Below are positions 27,828 to 34,019 of a stretch of 34,019 nucleotides of DNA, one piece after another; position 1 is the stretch's first letter; every line of letters begins with the position of its first letter. The stretch is from NCBI GenBank assembly GCA_040901675.1, contig JBBDYJ010000007.1, forward strand, positions 11,829 to 45,847, in the 5' to 3' direction. The notes under the pieces were generated by a model. That model was not told the DNA's origin. It saw only the letters and a list, made by a program, of their open reading frames with translations, and did not search any database. Both the position numbers and the translations under genes were made by a program. Source of the stretch: Pirellulales bacterium. Its GTDB lineage: Bacteria; Planctomycetota; Planctomycetia; Pirellulales; JAICIG01.

Positions 27828-28195
27828 ACCGTTGCCCCTCCAAAGCAAAAGCTATCTCAAGGCTGCTCGTTCCAATGGATTCTAGTTTAGTCACGGATTA
27901 CAACCGCCGAAAGTAGTTTACCAGCAGAACTTGCCTATATTTCCTGGTCCACGAGCCCGGAGATGCGGAACGATTTTCTTCCTTGTGCAGGCGCTGGTCT
28001 GCCGGACAGGCGCAAATCCAGACCCAAGCACGACTTTCTATTTGGCGCGCACCGCGCGGGGTCTGGACGGCATCGTTGCCAGGCGGCTCGATTCGCCTAT
28101 CCGTGGGGCCATCGGACGGGATGCAAAAAGCCAAGCCGAGCTGCAGCGGCCAAGCTGGTCGTCGCGAGAGGTTTTTGAGTCCCTTCCGCCCGCCG

Positions 28196-28561
28196 CTAGG
28201 CGCTGGCCAGCCGGCGGCGGATCTCGGCCAGGTCGGTGAAGTAGGTCTTGCAGTGGGGGCACAGGTCGTAGCAGGCCCGCACCTCCCGCTTGCACTTGGG
28301 ACACAGCTTCATCTCGCGCGTCAGCCCCGAAAGGCTGAGCACACTGGAGCGCTCGTCGGCGGAAGCACCCGTCGTGGCCGACGCGCCGCCGGCACTAGCG
28401 GACGGTGGCCCCAAAAAATCGAGGACCGCCTGATCCGAAAGACCGGCCTCGCCAGGCACAGACACCTCGGCCTGGCATTTCGGACAGCGCACGGTCTGAC
28501 CGGCCAGTCGCCGGCCGACGTTCAAGACATGCCCACCACCGCATTTTACGTGAATTGACAT
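28196..28561 (-). CDS. Small double zinc-ribbon protein
   Basis: MSIHVKCGGGH..RCPKC, then CPKC..CPHC. Start called at ATG 28561. Confidence 0.75.
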   Translation of the reverse strand: MSIHVKCGGGHVLNVGRRLAGQTVRCPKCQAEVSVPGEAGLSDQAVLDFLGPPSASAGGASATTGASADERSSVLSLSGLTREMKLCPKCKREVRACYDLCPHCKTYFTDLAEIRRRLASA

Positions 28562-28873
28562 CTGCGTGCCCCGAGTGGCCAATGGGAACTTGAACTGAAC
28601 TGAACCGTAAGTCCAACCTCCGCCGCGGCTTGCCTCCGGCCACCGAAAGAGCGTCCGCTGCCACGGAAAGGGCAAAGAAACTAGGCCAATCCGCCAGGCG
28701 GGTCAAGCTCGCTTTGACATCGCCCCGAAGCTTTGGAAATCTCCACAGCCTTTCTTGCAAGCCCGTTTCCGCCGTGTACGCTAGCCAAAGCCATCGGGCC
28801 ATCCAAAAGGAAACGAAAACGAGGGGTTCCGACGTCCCCCAACTTGGCCTACCAGGAACGAAGGAGCACTCCG

Positions 28874-30142
28874 TTGCGACATGCTTTTCTGACAATCTGC
28901 GCCCTTGCCGGCCTGGTGCGCGCCGTGGCGGCGGCCGACGCCTGGCCGCAGTTTCGCGGCCCCGGCGGCCAGGGGCACGCCGCCGCCCGCCGCCTGCCGC
29001 TCACCTGGAGCGAGACCAGCAACATCGCCTGGAAAGTTGCCCTGCCGGGCCGCGGCTGGTCGTCGCCTGTCGTCGAGGGCCGGCAGATTTGGCTTACCAC
29101 GGCACTTGAAGGCGGCACGTCATTGCGGGCGGTGTCCCTCGACTTGTCCACCGGCAGCGTGGTGCACGACGTCGAGGTCTTTCGTCCCGACAACCCGCCC
29201 GCCATCAACAACAAGAATAGCTACGCCTCGCCCACGCCCGTGCTCGAGTCGGGCCGCCTCTACGCGCACTTCGGAACGCTGGGCACCGCTTGCCTCGATA
29301 CGCGCAGCGGCGAGGTGCTCTGGACCAACAACGAACTCGAACTGGACCACAAGGAAGGACCGGGCAGCTCGCCGGTCTCGTGGGGCAAGCTGCTGGTGAT
29401 CCATTGCGACGGCATGGACGTGCAGTACGTGGTGGCTCTCGACAAACGGTCCGGCCGGATCGCCTGGAAAACGAACCGATCGGGGAAGATGAGCGACAAC
29501 CCCGATTTCCGCAAGGCCTACTCCACGCCGCTGGTGGTCAGCGTCGACGGCAAGGACCAGCTCGTCAGTCCCGGCGCGGGACGCGTCTTTTCCTACGATC
29601 CGGCCACGGGCGGCGAGCTTTGGTCGGTCGACTACCCTGGTTTCTCCAACGTGCCGCGGCCCGTTTACGGCGGCGGCCTCGTGTTTGTCTGCACCGGCTA
29701 CATGAAGCCCGAGCTATGGGCCATCCGCCCCGGCGGCCGCGGCGACGTCACTTCGACGCACGTCGCCTGGGGCACCAGCAGGCAAGTGCCCGCCAACTCT
29801 TCGCCTCTTTGGGTCGCCGGCCGCATCTACATGACGTCCGATGGCGGCGTGGCCAGTTGCCTGGCTGCCGAGGACGGTCGCCTGCTCTGGCAGGCGCGGC
29901 TGGGCGGCAACTATACGGCCTCCCCGCTGCACGCGGCCGGCCGGATTTATTTCTTGAGCGAGGATGGGGTCACGACGGTCCTGGAGGCGGGCACCGAGCC
30001 GAACGAGCTGGCCAAGAATCGGCTCGATGGCCGCATCCTGGCCTCGCCCGCCGTGGCCGGCAACGCGCTGCTGGTGCGGACCGAAACGCATCTGTACCGC
30101 ATCGAGGAGCCGCCTGCCGGCGCCGCATCCGGGGGAAAATAG
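28874..30142 (+). CDS. Secreted PQQ-binding-like beta-propeller repeat protein (BamB-like)
   Basis: AAGGAG SD and TTG 28874, signal peptide, WPQFRGP.GQG, NIAWKV.LPG.GWSSPVV, repeated D..TG..LW blades, and C-terminal RTETHLYRI. Confidence 0.9.
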   Translation: MRHAFLTICALAGLVRAVAAADAWPQFRGPGGQGHAAARRLPLTWSETSNIAWKVALPGRGWSSPVVEGRQIWLTTALEGGTSLRAVSLDLSTGSVVHDVEVFRPDNPPAINNKNSYASPTPVLESGRLYAHFGTLGTACLDTRSGEVLWTNNELELDHKEGPGSSPVSWGKLLVIHCDGMDVQYVVALDKRSGRIAWKTNRSGKMSDNPDFRKAYSTPLVVSVDGKDQLVSPGAGRVFSYDPATGGELWSVDYPGFSNVPRPVYGGGLVFVCTGYMKPELWAIRPGGRGDVTSTHVAWGTSRQVPANSSPLWVAGRIYMTSDGGVASCLAAEDGRLLWQARLGGNYTASPLHAAGRIYFLSEDGVTTVLEAGTEPNELAKNRLDGRILASPAVAGNALLVRTETHLYRIEEPPAGAASGGK

Positions 30143-30253
30143 TCCGAACCGGTTCATTTGCGGAGTGTCTTTTGGATGGCTGCCGGCGTTCTCAGCGCAA
30201 GCAGCCTGCCTGGGCGTTTTTGGGTTTTCCGGGTGTCCGGCTGGCCGGTCGCC

Positions 30254-30283
30254 TTGACCTGCGGACGCTGTCAGGCATACCAT
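30254..30283 (+). promoter_or_regulatory. Sigma70-type promoter of the small structured transcript
   Basis: TTGACC (30254-30259), 18-bp spacer, TACCAT (30278-30283). Confidence 0.55.
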
Positions 30284-30398
30284 TTCGGTGTTGCGCGTGT
30301 CGGGGCTAACGTGGCTCCGGCCGGACTAGGTGCCCAGACGACCCCGCGACTGGAGTGGTGGTCTGAGGGTTGGCCCTAGAGGAAGGAGGTGATTCTAT

Positions 30399-30431
30399 AT
30401 GTGTAGTAGTTTCCAGAGGTGGCTCGTCTGA
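30399..30431 (+). CDS. Possible 10-aa micropeptide MCSSFQRWLV
   Basis: ATG lies 9 nt after AAGGAGG; TGA at 30429-30431. Too short for the supplied ORF track. Confidence 0.3.
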   Translation: MCSSFQRWLV

Positions 30432-30517
30432 CGAGCAGCCGACGGGCTGCTGTCTCGCCCGAAGGTTTTGGCCTTGGGCCAGACGCGTCTCGCAGCCGCA
30501 TGGATTTGCTGTTTCGT

Positions 30518-30554
30518 GAAACCGGCAGGGGCTCGCCCCTGCCGGTTTCCCTTT
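30518..30554 (+). terminator. Intrinsic terminator-like hairpin
   Basis: GAAACCGGCAGGGG-CTCG-CCCCTGCCGGTTTC, a 14-bp perfect inverted repeat whose 3' arm runs into TTTCCCTTT. Confidence 0.75.
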
Positions 30555-30589
30555 GACCCGTGCCGCGTCTCGATGGGTCGCCGGTGGTC

Positions 30590-31465
30590 ATGAAACGTTT
30601 CGGCCTGCTGATTCTGCTGGCGTCGGCAGTCGTCCCTGGCCGCGGGGCCCGGGCGCAAGTGCCGCTTGAACCCTTGGTGCCTTTCCGCATCGCGGTTCCC
30701 GCCGGGCCCGTGTCTGCCTGGGAGGCCTGGGAGTACGAATGGGTCTTCGACTACCCGCCCGATCCTTTGGCCGTCCCGCAGCCGCTGGGCCACGAGATCA
30801 TCCGCACTTCTCCCAACGGCTATGTCTACCGGCCCATCTATGCCGAGGGCCAGGTGCCGGCCTGGTCCAGCGAGCCTGATTGGTTCCCATCCGAACCGCC
30901 TGCCGACGCCGCCGCGGCCGAGCCGGGGACCGAAGAACTTTTTTCGCAAGCTACCGGCGCATTCCGCGCGGGCCGGTATGAATCGGCCCTCGACCGGCTC
31001 GATCGCCTGCTCGAGATCGAACCCGATCACGGGTTCGCCGAGCTGCTGCGGGCCCAGGTGCTGTTCGCTCGCGGGGAGTACCTGCACGCGGCCTCGGCGC
31101 TGGAGCATGCGCTGTCGATCGTGCCGAAGGGCGACTGGGGCTTTTACATCGTGCGGCGCGACGAGTTCTTTCCCTCGGCCGACCGGTATGCCAGCCACTT
31201 AAGGGCTCTGGAGCGGTTTGTGCGAGAGGACCCTTCCCGGCCCGAAGGCAGGCTGCTGTTGGCCTATCACTATCTGCACCTGGGAAGGCGGCTGGACGGC
31301 GTGCGCCAGCTCGAGGCCGCCGTTGAAGCCGTCGATCGGCGCTCGCGGAACCTGCAGGGCCAGTTGGACGATCTTGGCCAATTGGACGATGCCGCGCCGC
31401 CGGTCCCACAACTAGACGGGCCACTGCACGATCAGCCGCTGCCCGGCGGTCCGCGCGAGTTCTAG
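30590..31465 (+). CDS. Secreted tetratricopeptide-repeat protein
   Basis: Signal peptide MKRFGLLILLASAVV..ARA, a Pro-rich N-region, and TPR-like helices (AFRAGRYESAL..EPDHG, AQVLFARGEY..AA, LLLAYHY..LG). Confidence 0.8.
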   Translation: MKRFGLLILLASAVVPGRGARAQVPLEPLVPFRIAVPAGPVSAWEAWEYEWVFDYPPDPLAVPQPLGHEIIRTSPNGYVYRPIYAEGQVPAWSSEPDWFPSEPPADAAAAEPGTEELFSQATGAFRAGRYESALDRLDRLLEIEPDHGFAELLRAQVLFARGEYLHAASALEHALSIVPKGDWGFYIVRRDEFFPSADRYASHLRALERFVREDPSRPEGRLLLAYHYLHLGRRLDGVRQLEAAVEAVDRRSRNLQGQLDDLGQLDDAAPPVPQLDGPLHDQPLPGGPREF

Positions 31466-31569
31466 GGGACAGTGGAGAGTGCGAGCACTGTTCGGGCTTG
31501 AAGTCTGGCGACTTCAGCTACCACGAAGGCCGCTAACGATCGGCCGAAAAACAACTTTCTCACATCGCA

Positions 31570-31604
31570 ACTGGGGCACGCTTATCGCTTTGCCCCAGCC
31601 ACCC
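31570..31604 (-). repeat. REP-like palindrome, family A, copy 3
   Basis: Minus strand reads GGGTGGCTGGGGCAAAGCGATAAGCGTGCCCCAGT, 30 bp downstream of the stop at 31635. Confidence 0.85.
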
Positions 31605-31634
31605 AGCTCGGTCGAAGTTATTCTTCGGGGCTTC

Positions 31635-33542
31635 CTAACGTCCGATGAACTCGTGGAGGTTCGAATAGATCGGCAGGTGCCGGTAATAGACCTCGAGCAT
31701 GTATAGCGACAGGCAGGTGGTGTATAACCGGCCGCCCTGGCCGCGGAACGCCCAGATGTCGGGGCTCTTGCCCAGCGGGTCCCAGCTTCCTTTCTCGCGG
31801 CCGCTCTTCTCCTGGTGCTCGATCAGCATGTCGCGCATGGCGCCGTTCCACCGTTTCCACTGGTCCCCTTCCAGGTGGTGCATCACCTGCGTTCCGTAGT
31901 ACCAGTAGTAGACGTCGCGGTCCTCCCAGCGAGGCAGGTTATCGAGCAGGTAGTCGGCCCCAACCAGCATCCGCTGGTCGTCGCGCTTCCAGCCCAGGTA
32001 CTGGCGGCACAAGAGCGCTTCGGCGGTCATCGGCAATGTCGGCAGGTTGCCGAGCATGTAGCCGTAGCGGCTGCCATCGTCGGTCACCTTGTCCAGAAAC
32101 TCGCTCACCCTTTCCAGCGTGGTGCTGGGCACGTTGAGTCCCGCCATCCGCGCGCTTTGCAGGGCCATCACCACCCAGCCGGTCACCGACACGTCGCTCT
32201 GCTGGCGAGGCGTGTAGCGCCAGCCTCCCAGCTCCGGATCCTGGGCCGCCACGCAGAAGTCGACGGCTAGTTGGGCCGGCGCCGCCAGGGCCGGGTCCTT
32301 GGTCATGCCGTACAGCTCGCACAGGGCGATGGTGCACTGGGCCTGCGTGTACATCCAGTTGTGGTCGCGGCGCACTTCCTTCATCGGAAAGAAATTGCCT
32401 TCACGGTCCTGCCAACGTAGGAGCGCGTAAAAGCCGTCGTTGACTTGCTCCTGGAACTTGCCCGACTGGTGCGTGTGCCCGGCGCCCTGGAAGGCCAACA
32501 GGGCCATGGCGGTGGCGGCCTGAGGGTTGTCTAGTGTGTCCCCGGCACCGGAGCTGTAAGGCCCGCGGAGGCTCCAACTGCCGTCCTTGCGCTGCTGGCG
32601 GGCCAGCCATTCCAGGCCGAGCATCACGGCTTCCTCGCCCTGGGCGGTGCCGCCGTAGGCTTTTAACAAGGTTTCCTTCATGCCCTCGTTGCGGCCGCGA
32701 AGCGCCAGCCCGATCTGCGGCGCGGCGATGTCGATTTGCCTTGGCTGGCCGTCGAGGGCCAGGTCCATCTGCGGCGGCGCGGCGAACGGATCGTCCACCG
32801 TTGCCAGGTCGCTGGGGGTGATCACCTGGCTTTCTTCCGCCGCGACGTCGTCGGTGTTCGGCAGCGAGACCCACGGATCGTCCAGTTGTTCTCCCAGCTC
32901 GTCCGAAAACACGTCCAGGAAAACGCCCTGGTAGCTTCGCTCGCCGGCGACCATCCACATGCCCAGTACGATCACCAGCAGCATGTGCAGGACGAAGCTG
33001 ATCAGCCAGGGGGGCGCTTGCTTCAAGGCCAGCCGCTTGAGCTCGTCTTCAGGCTCGAGGGGAGTCTCGCGCAGCACCACTCGGCCGTGCCGCGCCGCTT
33101 GGCTCACCAGGATCGGCCGGGCGGGCAACGGGGGTGGGGCCGTCTTGCCAGCGGCGGCAAGCGGTGCAGCCGGCTGCCCTGCCCCGGCCTCATCGGCGGG
33201 CGCCGGCTGCACGGCTGGCCGAGGCGGGTTGGCTGCCGGGGCAGGTGAGCCTTGCACGCCGACGGGTCCGACCTGTGCCGCCCATCGGACCGAGTTCTGG
33301 TCGCTCTTTGGCTTGGCGCCAGGCGTACGGGCGGGGCCAGGTGAGCGTTCGGCGGCACCTTTCGGGCTCGGCGCCTGTTCGCCGCCAGGCTGTGCGGGAC
33401 CATTGACTTGCGGCAGGCCGCTTTCTGGCACGGATCCACCTTGCGCGGATCCACCCAAGGGTATGGGCGCTGGTGGCGGCGTCATGGGGGGCGCAGCGGG
33501 CGACATTTCGCCGGACTGCCAGCGATCCGGAGGATGCGCCAT
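31635..33542 (-). CDS. Membrane-anchored prenyltransferase/squalene-oxidase repeat protein (SHC-like alpha/alpha barrel)
   Basis: Pro/Ala-rich N-terminus, TM (PWLISFVLHMLLVIVLGMW), QW-like repeats (GLEWLARQQRKDGSW, AQD..GGWRY, Q..GSW), YYWYYGTQ, GGRLYTT and LEVYYRHLPIY. The start is uncertain. Confidence 0.85.
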   Translation of the reverse strand: MAHPPDRWQSGEMSPAAPPMTPPPAPIPLGGSAQGGSVPESGLPQVNGPAQPGGEQAPSPKGAAERSPGPARTPGAKPKSDQNSVRWAAQVGPVGVQGSPAPAANPPRPAVQPAPADEAGAGQPAAPLAAAGKTAPPPLPARPILVSQAARHGRVVLRETPLEPEDELKRLALKQAPPWLISFVLHMLLVIVLGMWMVAGERSYQGVFLDVFSDELGEQLDDPWVSLPNTDDVAAEESQVITPSDLATVDDPFAAPPQMDLALDGQPRQIDIAAPQIGLALRGRNEGMKETLLKAYGGTAQGEEAVMLGLEWLARQQRKDGSWSLRGPYSSGAGDTLDNPQAATAMALLAFQGAGHTHQSGKFQEQVNDGFYALLRWQDREGNFFPMKEVRRDHNWMYTQAQCTIALCELYGMTKDPALAAPAQLAVDFCVAAQDPELGGWRYTPRQQSDVSVTGWVVMALQSARMAGLNVPSTTLERVSEFLDKVTDDGSRYGYMLGNLPTLPMTAEALLCRQYLGWKRDDQRMLVGADYLLDNLPRWEDRDVYYWYYGTQVMHHLEGDQWKRWNGAMRDMLIEHQEKSGREKGSWDPLGKSPDIWAFRGQGGRLYTTCLSLYMLEVYYRHLPIYSNLHEFIGR

Positions 33543-33746
33543 CGCAAAACTTCTCCCGTCCCGCGAGCTCGGGCGTGCCCCGCACGAATTGAATCCAAGA
33601 TAGCGGCCGGGGCCTCTTCTTGCTTCCCCGGCGACTCCACCCGCGCCCAAGGTGAGTCTACCTGCCGGAAGCACGAGCGGCAAGCAAGAAGTGCAAGCCA
33701 GCGGCCACCTTCGGGCAAACTGCAGCCGGATTCGCCGGAATCCCCG

Positions 33747-33795
33747 ATGCCACTGCTTGGGGGACCCCGGCGTTCCGGGGTCCGAGAAGCAGTGC
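33747..33795 (+). repeat. REP-like palindrome, family C, copy 2
   Basis: ATGCCACTGCTTGGGGGACCCCGGCGTTCCGGGGTCCGAGAAGCAGTGC, with outer stem CACTGCTT/AAGCAGTG and a 9-bp inner stem. Confidence 0.75.
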
Positions 33796-33822
33796 CGCCG
33801 TGAACTACCCCGCCACCCTCCT

Positions 33823-33846
33823 GTAGCCGAATTCGCCAGAATTCGG
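33823..33846 (+). repeat. GTAG-type REP palindrome, family B
   Basis: GTAG-CCGAATTC-GCCA-GAATTCGG. Degenerate copies at 33720-33743 and 33852-33865. Confidence 0.7.
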
Positions 33847-33904
33847 GCCGTCTGTAGCCGGATTCCTCGCGCTCGGTGGCCCCGCCAAAAACCGAAAACC
33901 CTTC

Positions 33905-33932
33905 TGGACCGCCCGAAAGCGGGCGGTATAAT
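33905..33932 (+). promoter_or_regulatory. tRNA promoter
   Basis: TGGACC (33905-33910), 16-bp spacer, TATAAT (33927-33932), ending 36 bp upstream of the tRNA. Confidence 0.6.
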
Positions 33933-33968
33933 TCTTTTTGCCGCCCTTGAACGGGCGACACAACATGA

Positions 33969-34019
<51 letters not shown>

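Larger units (their letters stand above)
30290..30554 (+). ncRNA. Candidate structured small RNA or mini-ORF transcript with an extended Shine-Dalgarno sequence
   Basis: Bounded by a promoter-like sequence and an intrinsic terminator. Contains several hairpins, AAGGAGGTGAT at 30383-30393 and a 10-codon ORF at 30399-30431. Confidence 0.5.

Noticed and set aside
28586..28606. TGAAC pentamer repeat upstream of the zinc-ribbon gene
   Set aside because: Only 3-4 short units, too weak to distinguish from chance slippage.
30380..30395. Fragment of a 16S rRNA gene on the minus strand
   Set aside because: Similarity is limited to the anti-SD complement. The flanks show no helix 44/45 sequence.
31635..33542. 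True squalene-hopene cyclase
   Set aside because: Lacks the DXDD motif (reads SDVSVT), has a single barrel and an N-terminal TM. It fits the planctomycete prenyltransferase-repeat family.

Overview
GC-rich bacterial contig end whose gene content points to Planctomycetota (Pirellulales-like): a BBP2-type beta-barrel, a DUF1080-ThuA protein, a PQQ-like propeller, a squalene-cyclase-like repeat protein and a Hanks kinase. From left to right: a poly-C run that is probably an artefact; an outer-membrane beta-barrel gene; a minus-strand housekeeping run polA-coaE-rho-ribH-nusB-ftsY; a divergent membrane-anchored coiled-coil gene; a partial ebo-like set (TatD/EboB, DUF1080-ThuA, UbiA/EboC-like, TIM-barrel isomerase) split into convergent halves around a secreted YGAP-repeat protein; thiO, DUF2064 and a glutaredoxin; a signalling/proteolysis block (tail-anchored Ser/Thr kinase, two zinc peptidases, a ~1100-aa FHA-coiled-coil-TM protein, a zinc-ribbon protein); a PQQ-like propeller, a TPR protein, a prenyltransferase-repeat protein; and a truncated tRNA-Met(CAT). 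The strongest unexplained signal is a ~265-nt unit at ~30290-30554 with its own promoter-like and terminator sequences, several hairpins, an 11-nt perfect complement of the 16S 3' tail and only a 10-codon ORF. There are also three distinct families of REP-like palindromes. No CRISPR array, transposase, integrase or phage gene is visible. All calls come from reading motifs by eye; no searches were run.
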